A DNA stretch of 62,300 nt, the filler included, from Fonticula-like sp. SCN 57-25 (Eukaryota), in NCBI GenBank assembly GCA_001724245.1. It is 10 parts of 10 records of this genome, joined end to end, with 100 filler letters (N's around TTAATTAATTAA, not from the genome) between each part and the next. Parts side by side here need not be neighbours in the genome. Positions count along the whole stretch, not along the records: positions 20,100 to 26,065 come from MEDX01000494.1; positions 26,166 to 32,134 come from MEDX01000495.1; positions 32,235 to 38,191 come from MEDX01000496.1; 7 more parts are not named here. One strand, 5' to 3'. Shown here one piece after another: positions 22,310 through 35,192 of this stretch (positions within the stretch are counted from its first letter, which is position 1; each line of letters starts with the position of its first letter). The position numbers were made by a program, and so were the translations under genes. The notes beneath the pieces are model-generated. The model worked only from the letters and a program-made list of their open reading frames with translations. It made no database searches and had not been told where the DNA came from.

Positions 22310-24511
22310 TTAGTTGGCATCGTTTTGTTGCTCAAGATCGTTTTCCTCGTCTTCACTGTCACTGTGTAATTGCTCAATTGCGCGTGCCAAGCTCTCAATG
22401 GCCGCAGTTCTCTCTGGTGCAATCCATTGTCCCAGTTGGGGGTCAGCGAAGTTATCCTTATTATTATTATCTTCTATGTAGTTGAGATAATCGTACACAA
22501 TCATGGGTGTGGATGACTCTCTTGTAGAGGATTCATCTCCATCATCACTGTAATCACGTGTCAATTGTCCATCTCCAGCAACAGATTGTGACTGTGACTG
22601 CTGGAACTGGGTTTTCCTGACTATCCTAGTTTGCTCATTGCTATTGTAGTGTGTCCAACAGTAGATTGCTTTTTCGATCCCCGTGCTGCACAAGAGGGGG
22701 ATATGAGGGTGGTATATCACGTGCTTCACGTTGCAATTGTGTCCCACAAGTGAGTGTGTGGCTGTCGACATCTTTACAGGATACTGTTGCTGTTGATCGA
22801 TGTGTTCCGGGTGTTGATCGATGCGTTGCTTTCGCTTTTGTTTCTGCTTCCGTTTCTGCTTCTGTTTCTGTTCCACAATGTGTTCTTGTTGCTTCTGTTG
22901 ATGTTCTTGTTGCTGGTGCTGCTCAATGTAGTTGTCGATTCGCCATAGATAGATCTTCCAATCATCTGAGCCACAGACGAGAAACTCTTGGTGCTCGCCA
23001 GCAAACGCACATCGCTTCACAGTGGTGCAAGAGGAGAGACCAGGGTCCTGGCATTCCAGAAGTGGGGTCTTCTTATCAAACAGGGAATACAATCTGAGTG
23101 GCTGGTTACGCGCTGCACATGCTAGCACAGTTCCCAATCTGTTGAACTGCAAGTCAAATATCTCCCCAGTACTTCTGTTACCATTACCACCAATGTTGTT
23201 ACCGTTACTATTACCACCAATGTTGATATTAATACCGATACTCCTAGCACCACCATAATTATTGCTACTGGCACTCCTACCACCATTATTACTGCTACTG
23301 ACACTCTTACCACCCCTATTCCTGGTGCTGCTCCTGGTACTCCTGCCACCACTACTACTGATATTCCTGGCACCACTTGCCATACCACTTGCCATACCAC
23401 TTGCCATACCAATGTGCTGTTGCTGCTGCTGCTGATGGTGAGATTGAAAGACAGCGAGTGCTGAATGCTGGGAGATGTCCTGGGGCAACATTCTGAGGTC
23501 GAACAGGAGCACATCCCCATTTGCACCACCAGTGACAAACTCGAACCAGTTGGTCGGATGGAACTGCACGCTGGTCATCGCCGCAGCCGCTTTCATGCGG
23601 TGCTCGGCCCTCCTGCTCTGCATGCCGAACAGCTGCACGGTGCAGTCGTCGCTTGCCGTGAGAAACTGCGAGGCGCAGCGAGTGTGTGGGACAGAAATCG
23701 CACGGATGCCACCCGTGTGGCTCTCCATGCGTGCAGAGACGCTCTGCTTGTGCAGGTCGTACTGGAAGAGAAGATTGTCGAGTCCACCGGAGAGTACCGT
23801 CGAGTCGCTGCAGAACTTGACATCTGATATGTGACTCGAGTGCGTTGCATCTGTTATGCACGTCACGCGGTTACGATGGTGATTGTGCTGGTAATTTTGG
23901 TGATTCTGTTGCTGGTGATTTTGTTGGTGACCCTGTTGGTGACTCTGTTGGTGACTATGTTGGTTACTCTGTTGCTGGTGCTGCTCGAGGTGGTCTGGCG
24001 GGACAGAGAGACAAGAGGACAGGTCGAAAAGGAGGAGTCGAGCATCGTCACCCCCCGAGACCAACAATTGTCCGTCTGGCGAAAAATCGAGTGGTCCAGC
24101 GCTTTCGAAATGTCTAATAGGCAAGATTATCAAATGAAGTAGTGGTGCAGTTGTTGTTGTTGTAGCAGTGATGCGACAGTTGTTGCAGTTGTTGTAGTGG
24201 TGGTGTACCAATTGTTGTCGTGACAGTCGTTGCAGTTATTGTTGCAATGGGATACAAGGGTACAATCACCAATGAATGGACGAATTCATGAGATCAAGTG
24301 GAAAAGTTGAAGTTGGTGAAAGTGAATGAGATGGCAGTTGTGGATACAAGTGGTGAGAAGATGAGCACGTTGCATCCATGATGCGTGTGGATAACTCGTA
24401 CCCTTCAAGTCTGTTCATGCACGTGAAGAGACGCTTTGGAGAGGAGATGCTGGACTTGTATTTCCAGCGATTCCCGGAAAGTTGATGTTGGAAAATTGTG
24501 TGCAAAAGCAT
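22310..24511 (-). CDS. DCAF5: WD40 protein, DCAF5/WDR22-like; 5' end uncertain
   Basis: LLVSGGDD, FLTASDD, CTTVKRCAFAGEHQEFLVCGSDDWKIYLW, LVGHNCNVKHVIYHPH..LCSTGIEK, with Q/N/G low-complexity inserts. Confidence 0.75.
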
Positions 24512-24925
24512 TGCTTCTCGTGTTGGTGGTACTTGTTTCAGGTCTTGTCAAAAAGTTTACAGCGCTTGAATTCCAATGCATATGGTTTGTTCGTGATTCT
24601 TGTTGCGCTTGTTTGAACCAGCACTGTTTTTATGAATCTCAAAATAGTTGACCAATAACTCTCTTTCAATAACAAGGTATTTCAATTGTTTTTGTTGAAT
24701 GGAATGCGGAAATTCTTCATTCGTCTCGCTCGGGTGGCACTTATTGCAAGAAATATCACCACTACAGTGCCCAATAAAACTAAAGTTGACACTTTCCAAT
24801 CTACGATACCTGTAATAAAGATTTTTTACAAAGTAGTAACTAGTTCTCAGTTTGTCAAGTCTGTCACAGTTTCGCTCTATTCCCTGCATCAAGTTGACTA
24901 TTGTTTACCTTCTTCACCAACCCCA

Positions 24926-26065
24926 ATGAATGTTGAAGAATTCTGGCGATACGGGTTAGCAGCTTTTCATGGCTGCATGGTGATTTCGGTTATAGCACTA
25001 TTGCTGTCGATTGCGTACTCCTTGGTGCGCCTCTACAAGCAGCACACAGATTCCCGCAAGGTTCACCATCAGCTCCTACTGATCAAGGGCACAGAAATTC
25101 AGAAATTCTACAAGCAGCGATATTTTGAGAAACTGCTAATCTATTCCTTTCTCAGTGCTACGCTTGTTGGTACGTTGAACACGCGATGCGCAATTCTCAT
25201 GTGATCAGCCGAAATCTTGTGCATTTTGCTTGTATTATTCCCCCCTACGATGCATCTCGCTGCGAAGGCTCTCATCATTGTTGATTTTTTGAGTGCCACT
25301 TTTACTGTCTCTTATCTTCTCTCTCTTGTACTTTTCTTCCATTCGCACCACTTGTACGTTTCAGAAGCAAAACTATACTAGCCCATTGCACACAATACTC
25401 ACTTTTTTTTCTCTAAGATTTGAAGTTGGCCCGTTGAAAATTATCTCCTCTTCTTCAGTTACACAGGCCATTGCAGCATTAGGACTCATGGTGCTCTCCA
25501 TGCTCAGCCTACTTGCTGCCTGTGTGTATCGCATCGTGGACCACAAATTCCAACAGGCATGGAATTACGTTGGTTCCTTGGGGTGGTTAGGTCTGCTGTT
25601 CCACATGTCTCTAGTTATCCTGTCTGTTTCCGTACTTTGTCTCAAACAGTACAAGAACATGAAGCATGACTACCAAAGGACTCATGTTCGCAGTGTAAGT
25701 ATACTCTCACTTTGTCCCCTATTCCCCCCCATCTTTTCAATTTATTACTCATCATTTCAATTTATTGCCCATCTTCACATTAGTTGACTTCCTTGGTTTT
25801 CCCACTCCTGTTATTGGAGATTGTAAATGGCTCGTACAATATGAGTGCGACCATGGATATACCCATTATTCAACATTCTACTACAATTGCGATCCGCAGT
25901 TTCAATGTTATTTGCATATTTACATTGTTAATTCTCTTGCGACGACAAGAAACGGAACAACAGCAAGAACAAAGCGAACAAAATCAAGCTGCAGTGGAAG
26001 ATGTGAATAACTTCTTTGAATTTGAAGAGAGAGATTTAATGGATCAACACGAGGTACAGTTAGCG
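24926..26065 (+). CDS. Multi-pass membrane protein (possibly 7TM), spliced, truncated at the contig end
   Basis: Successive hydrophobic segments in ORFs 24686, 25293 and 25784, with candidate short GT-AG introns between them. Confidence 0.55.
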
Positions 26066-27055
26066 NNNNNNNNNNNNNNNNNNNNNNNNNNNNNNNNNNN
26101 NNNNNNNNNTTAATTAATTAANNNNNNNNNNNNNNNNNNNNNNNNNNNNNNNNNNNNNNNNNNNNGGCGGCGTCGACGACGCGGCTCGACATCGAGACGG
26201 GGTCGCCGGGGAGCGGCGGGTCGGCGCGGCCAGTGTGCACGGTGGTGCCCGTCACAAGCACCGGCTCAGAGTACGCCACAGGGCTGAACGAGAGAGGTGA
26301 GAATTGGAAAAAAGTAGAGCGCAAAAGCGTACAGGCGGCCGAGATCGCCGCGCGGCGCAGGCGAAGGCGACGAAAAGTCGGCTGCCGAGCGCCGAACAGC
26401 GTACGCGGCGCCGCCCACAACGACCGACTGGCATACATACATTGTCAGCGTCCATTCAAGTTAAAACGCGAGAAGAGGCGCACCGCCAGAAGGTAGGCGG
26501 GCGTCGACCCGCTCACGAGTTGAGAAAAGCGAAACATGATGCTCGCCTAGGCCTGCGCGGAATGCAGCCTCACACAATACAAGACGACGCAGTGGATGCG
26601 CGTCGAGCCAAAGAGGGGCCGGACACCGAAAAGGAGGCTCGCACTGTGTGCGTCAGGGCGACCGGCATGCAGAGGGGCGCATGCTATGGAAGGATGGCTT
26701 GCGTCGGCAAGGGGGTCCGGCATCCGTGCACGGCCAAAAATGGCGGGAAAGGGACCATCCAATCAAACATGGCTGGCAACTGGTCATCTTTTGTCTTTTG
26801 CTTATTCTGCTGCTACTAGTACTATACGCAGGTAGTAACGCATAAAGTGGACCTCTATATGATAAAAAGCAATGCAATTTTTGGTTTTGCTATTGGGAAG
26901 CCAAAACAAACGCGAAAACGACCAAGTAAAGAGAAAAAAGAAACAAAAAGAAAAAAGAAAAAGAAACTTGAACCGGTTTGCTTTCGAATGGCCTCTCGTT
27001 AGGCGTCGTCATCTCCTACCTGCACCTGATGGAATGTGTCTTTGAAAAGTGGCGT

Positions 27056-29001
<1,946 letters not shown>

Positions 29002-29444
29002 CTAACCAGGCGGAATCAAAAAGGAAAAAAAAAATCGCGCGGCAAAATGATTAAAAAGAAAATGTCGACGGTTAGCGCTGCAAAGGCGGCGAAAAAGAGG
29101 GACAGCAGCGAGGGCGTACCTGTAGCAAACGTCAAAAGCAGGTCTTTTTACCTTTTTTTTGGGTTTTGCAGGGAAGCGCAGAGACCGAAAGCGATGACGC
29201 AAACGATCGACTACGGAACCCTAAAGGTGGAGGGGTGGAGAGCGAAAGACTCTCGTGCGTGATGAGCGGGCCACATGGCTACCCCAAAAGCGTCTCACAA
29301 ATATTATTTCATGATTGAGAGATTCTATTCGTTGAAAGGGAACACAATAATGCACTGAGACGATTTATGGAAAGACCGACGTCACCGCGTGTAAGTGACA
29401 CGTGGACACTTGAGGGGCAGCTATCCACGACTTGTGGTCGAGGC

Positions 29445-30123
29445 CTAATAGCGGGCGCCGGCTGACCGCTCGCACTTGTCGCGCAGGGTGTCGACGTCGA
29501 GGTCGTCCTCGGTGCGCGCATTGATCTGAACATGGAAAGGCTGCAACCAGGGGCGCGTGGTTAGCACGAGTGCAAGGAGCGCAAGGCAAAAAGTTGGATG
29601 CCACAGCATACCTTGAGGATCTTGGCGATCGCGTTAACGTGCGAGTGGACGACGCCCTTGATCGTGACGGGGACGCCATCGGGCACCCACGTAAGGTAGA
29701 TGGTCTTGGTCCGCTCCTCGTTAATGGGGAGACGCAGGAGGCCGTACATGGCCTTGCCGGGCTGGAGCTCCTCCACGAGCTCAGAAACACCGCCATTGCC
29801 GCTCCCCTCTACTCAAAAGATCAGAGACGCACACGCCAAAGGCGCCAAACGTACCAAGCTTGAGGCGGTTGCTGCCCTTCATGTAGGTAATCAGGAGCCT
29901 ATAGAGGTGTTAGCCTTGCAGAAAACGCGCAAACGCGAGCGTACCAGTCAATGTCGGCGTCCTTGTTGTTGAAACGCTTGACGGCATCGATGATCTCGGG
30001 ATCGTTCACGTCGAGCGCATCGCTGGCCACCGACGTGCTGCTCTCAAACTAAAATACCGCCAAGAGTGAGCCCGCTGCCTTACTCGCGTCGGCGCGTACC
30101 TGAATGTGCATATGCGAGCTCAT
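29445..30123 (-). CDS. ADF-H actin-binding protein (coactosin/drebrin-like), multi-intron
   Basis: DIDWLLITY, GNGGVSELVEEL..MYGLLRL..RTKTIYLTWVPDGVP..K, FHVQINARTEDDLD. Confidence 0.85.
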
Positions 30124-30395
30124 CTTTCCAAGCTCCTGAATCACCAAACACAGAAAGCAAAGGGGAAAATCAGAAGAATCAGAAGCGAATCAGATCTGAA
30201 ATCATGCCTCGCCTGGTATTCAATTGTGGCATTGTATTGAATTTCAAAAAGGAATAAGAGTACAGGGCAGTGCAGGCATACAGCAAACATTACTGCCTTA
30301 CGGCACAGAAAATATTATTATTAAAGGTCGGCTGGCGTAGCGATGCGAGTCCCGATCAGGGTGATCTTGGCCATGCCCGCCTCGGCCAGCACCCT

Positions 30396-31375
30396 GCCGC
30401 GCTCGGATTCTGAAGCTTGCCAACCAGTGTTCAACAACGTGCCGGTCATGGAGAGGCAGCTGTGGAGCATGGTTCAACTACTGCGGACGCCTGCATTATT
30501 CACGCGTCTAATTCTCAGACGGAAGAAAAACGCTTGGATGCGCGGCATTTGTGTTGCAGGCAGCGGCAGCGGCGTTGGAGTGGGCGGAGCTCTTCAGTGA
30601 CATTTCACCGTTGCCTTCCGCTGCAGTGGGAGTCGACTATTGGAGTGTGGATGTTAGGCGTAGTGTAGTCAGTAGTGATGTTTTCTTGATCTTCGTTGAC
30701 GCCCCCGAGTCCGTACGTACATGTTGCCGATCCTTTCGCTCGCTGACATCCACACTCCAATAGTCGACCCGCAGTGCTTTATCGATCCGTTTTGTTAAAG
30801 TACTCGCATGTGCGGAGTTTGTGCTGCAAGCAGTGCTAGCAGCGTTAATGTGGGCGGAGTTGTACGATGGTGTCTCAGCGCTGCCTTCCGCTGTAGTGGG
30901 GGTCTGTGCACTGGTGATTGCCCTATTGGACGCCTGCCGCGCTCGGGTATTGAAGTTCACGAATTCCTGTTCGGACACATGCCGCCCCGCCCGTCAGAGT
31001 CGCTTGGCTTGACGACGCCTGCCGCGCTCCGATTCTGAACCTTGCCAACCAGTGTTCAACAACGTGCCGGTCATGGAGAGGCAGCTGGGGAGCATGGTTC
31101 AGCTACTGCGGACGCCTGCATTATTCACGCGTCTAATCCTCGGACGGAAGAAAAACGCTCGGATGCGCGGCATTTTTGTCGCAGGCAGCGGCAGCGGCGT
31201 TGAAGGGGGCGGAGCACTTTAGTGGTATTTCACCGTTGCCTTCCGCTGTAGTGGGAGTCGACTATTGGAGTGTGGATGTCAACGCGCGAAAAGGGTCGGC
31301 AAACATGTACGTACGGACTTGATGACGTCAACGAAGAGCGAGACAACATCATGTACTGACAACTCTACGCCTGTC
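30396..31375. repeat. ~260-bp direct duplication (30396-30654 / 31020-31279) with an adjacent ~95-bp segment in opposite orientation in the two copies
   Basis: Direct comparison of the two copies; perfect 23-bp inverted repeat at 30632-30654 / 30746-30768. Confidence 0.85.
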
Positions 31376-31726
31376 TTCTAGGCTAAGTGGTTCGCCGTTT
31401 TTTGATGGGCAAATCTGGTGAGGATTGCCGCACAACGTTAGCGACGAGACTCGAAAGCAAAAAAAAAAGAATCGCACCCGCCAAAAGCTGAGCAAGTCTG
31501 GTCTTGTTGTGGGTGCTGACGCTGGCGGTAATCCTGGTTGTACCGGTATCCACCCCTGACCAGCCCCTGACTTTGTCTAGAAGGTATCCTGTTCTTCGAC
31601 AATTATACATTCCAGCTGCACGGACAGGCTGCCGCATTCACCGTCATGCCGACCACGCGCTCGGCCATATCGCCACAAGGAAAGAACTCGAAAGAACCAG
31701 AAAAGAATTGTGACAGGGAAAGAACC

Positions 31727-31815
31727 GGTTCAAAAAAATTCAAATTGGGTTCAAAAAATTCAAATTGGGTTAAAAAATAATTCAAATTGGGTTCAAAAAA
31801 ATTCAAATTGGGTTC
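31727..31815. repeat. ~21-bp minisatellite (ttcaaattgggttcaaaaaa), about 4 copies
   Basis: Seen directly in the sequence. Confidence 0.9.
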
Positions 31816-32234
31816 TGTTGTGCTCTCTCTGAGCGTGCGTTCGCCGGTGACTCGTAGTGAGTGTAAGCAAAGAGGGGAAAGACAATATATTGAACTAGTA
31901 CAACGGCTTATAGACTTTTCCATAGTTTGTGTTTACCGCTGCCAGCTATCGATGTGGAAGAATCTGATTGGTCGATGCAAACTGACAAATCTGTCAAATC
32001 TTCTGGCGGCTGTCCTATATTCATAGCCCTACAGGGGATGGGATCCCGTAACTGAAAGTCCGGGGTGTCTGGGGTAGGACACTTTTCCCGCGCGTTCCCG
32101 TAAGGATTTGAAATTTGATCTGTCAGCAGTTCTGNNNNNNNNNNNNNNNNNNNNNNNNNNNNNNNNNNNNNNNNNNNNTTAATTAATTAANNNNNNNNNN
32201 NNNNNNNNNNNNNNNNNNNNNNNNNNNNNNNNNN

Positions 32235-32645
32235 GCGGCAGAGTAAGAGACGCCGGAAAAGATGTAGCGATCGACGACGAGTGTCGTGCCGGCATTGAGC
32301 CTGCTCTCGAGGGATTTGCTGGGGGATCGTGAGCGCATGAAGCGGCAAGAGGAAAGTCGTACACGCTCTCCCAACGGTTGGCAGAAAAGAGAAGGTGAAG
32401 GCAGCGGTCGTCAAGCTCGACAGCATTCGTGAGGAAAGAGTCGATCATCTTGCCAATGGCCGTCGTGCGATCTGTGTCCGATGTAAGAGCGTGATGCCGC
32501 CATGAATGTACGTACCAGGGAACCGAACGAGCTCGACATTGTGTCCTTGGTCCTTGAGTCACGCGACAATCCTGGAGCACTGCGTCGTCTTGCCCGCGCG
32601 GTCGCACCCCTCCAGCAGAATAAACGCTCCCCTGCGCGTCCCCAT
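32235..32645 (-). CDS. DTYMK: Thymidylate kinase, 5' part, with one in-frame TGA at 32559-32561
   Basis: RGAFILLEGCDRAGKTTQC..IVA*LKDQGHNVELVRFP / DRTTAIGKMIDSFL / HLLFSANRWE / TTLVVDRYIFSGVSYS. Confidence 0.9.
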
Positions 32646-32742
32646 GGCTATCTTGTTTGGCGATCTCTGGCACACTTTATGTTTCGCGCCAAAAATTACC
32701 CACCCCTGATTACTATTCCCACCATATCCTTTGGTGGCGGCG

Positions 32743-35151
32743 ATGGCCGACGGACGGACGGCCAAGCGCCGCCGCAGCGATGCGGGCGTAGCGCCTTCCA
32801 ACGCTGCATACGGGTCTGCTGTGCAGCCCACTGCCGCCGCGCCGACGCACATTGTCCCACCGCCCATCCAGCTCCGCGCTCCTCCCGCCGGAAGCCGCGC
32901 GGCCGCCGCCAATGCGCGTGGCGGCACCATGTCGACACCCGTGCTCGTCGGGACGCCGCCCGCCCCCGGCACGCCCCAGGATGGCTTTATTGAAGCTGCG
33001 TCCGCTGGTTTGGTGGCGGCGGCAGAGGCGGCGCCTGCGCTGAGCACGCCTGCCTCTGCGCGGTCGCCCCTTTCTGATCTTAATTCTAGGATCGAAGCCT
33101 ACATCCGCGCGCATGCCTCTGTCGTGCGTCTCATATTTTGTGCATTTTCATCTCTAACGCGTCATCAGGTGGAGATGTTTGAGCCAAACAGCCTTGGCAC
33201 GGTCTTTTGCCTCGATGTGAGCGCCCCCATCGCCTCGCCCGACACGACCTCCCTCGCAGCGGCGATCGCATCCGCCGCCGCTCAGCTGCCTGCATCCGAC
33301 CATCCCGCTCTTCTCTCCTCTCTCGCCGCGCATCTCTTCCAGTGCCGCCACGACACCCCCCGCACCCAAGCAATTTTGCTTTTAATTCGTCATCTCGTGT
33401 CATCGTCATCGCCATCCGCCGTCGATTCCCTCACGCGCTCCCTCTGCGATCATCTCAACCCCCGCACGCCCGACGCCTGGCAACCCCTCTGCGCCGCGCT
33501 CCGCCTCACCCAGCCCTGGCCGCGCGACACCCAAAAAATCCTCCTCAAAGCGCTCGCGATGTCCGTCTCATCGCTCGGCAGCATGCTGGCATCGCATCAG
33601 CCCGAAGGCAACCGCGATGCCGGCGAAACGGGCGCTGCGCTGCGCACGGCGTGCGTCCTCCTGCACGAGCTCGTCGCGTGGCCCGACAGCACAATGGCGG
33701 TTGGAAGTGTCGGGCAGCTCGCGGCGTTTGCGTCGACGCACTGGATCTTGGCGCCGATCGTCGAGCAGGTCAAGATGAGGCGCGCGGCAGTGGCAAAACT
33801 GCTCTACCCGTCAGGTAAGAAAAGGAAAAAGTATATATAAAATGTGTCTCTAACAAAGTGAATAGGGCTTGATAAGAGACTTTTGCCGTACTTTATGCGC
33901 ACGCACGAGTACACGACACTCGAGCAGGTCAAATTGTGGGAACAACTCAAGACTGAACTGGTATGCGTAATTTTGACGTTATTTGTGTTATTTTACAAGT
34001 GTGTTAATTGGTGTCATTTTGTGTCAAAAAGCGCTCAAAAGTGTCATTTTGTGTACATTTTGTCCCATTTCATGTCTCTTTTCGTCACATATTGTCATTC
34101 GATTTTTGTCATTTTCATCCTATATTACATCCATTTTCTTCTCTTTTCTTCTCTTTTCTTCTCTTTTCTTCTCTTTTTCACTCACTTTCTCACCCTATTT
34201 CCACAGTCTACTCTTCATGGCGGCCGCCCCGCCACCCTGACCATCTACGGCGACATTCTCGACCAAATGTCCGTCTCTGAATTCTACCGCATGGGCACAC
34301 CCTCACCCCCCCACACCGCCCCACCCACCGCCACAACCCTACCCGATTCCAAATCACGTGACCTTGCTGACGCCTTTCTATCCCGCATTCGCTCATGTAT
34401 TGCCTCTTATGATCCAAATGTGATCACGTGCGACAGTGACACGTGGCTCATGTTTAATCGCCTGGCCGATCAAGCAGTGTATATGTTGATGGCGAGATTG
34501 GTGGAAGCGCGGGAAATGATGAGGCGGTTTGTGGATATGTTTAGGAGGGATGATGGAGAGGGGGGGGAGGGGAGGGTGAGGGGGGATAATATAGGGGTGT
34601 GGCTGGTGTGGCAGATGTTGGGTACGAAGGAAGAGAGTGGGAAGAGAGTGGGAAAGAGGGAGAGTGGTTGGTTTTGAGTGTTAAAGTGTTGTTAAAGTGT
34701 TGTTAAAGTGATGTTAAAGTGTTGGTCAAGTGTCATTTTAGTGTCATTTTAGTGTCATTTTAGTGTCATTTTAGTGTCATTTTGGTCACTGTTTCTGTCC
34801 TTTTAGTGTATGTTTCTATCATTTTGGTGTCATTTTGGTGTCATTTGGGTGTCATTTTAGTGTCATTTTAGTGTCATTTTGGTCACTGTTTCTGTCATTT
34901 TAGTGTCTATTTTGTTCATTTTAGTGTTCTTTTGGTGTCGTTATCCACTCCCACTTTTAACCCCAAATTAACATACATTATTAGGTGTTGATTTGATGCA
35001 AAAGGCGTTTGCCGATGACATGGAACATCACGGTGCGTCACTTGTTAGGCCATTGCTCGACTGTGGTGATCCGCTCCAAGTCAACTTTCCGCCACGTGAC
35101 TGCAGCTTAGAGTGCATCGTACGTAGCATTGATGATAATGAGTGTCATTGA

Positions 35152-35192
<41 letters not shown>

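Noticed and set aside
29216-29226. Telobox-like aaccctaaa upstream of PABP (and aaccctag near 18766)
   Set aside because: Too short and imperfect to support on its own.
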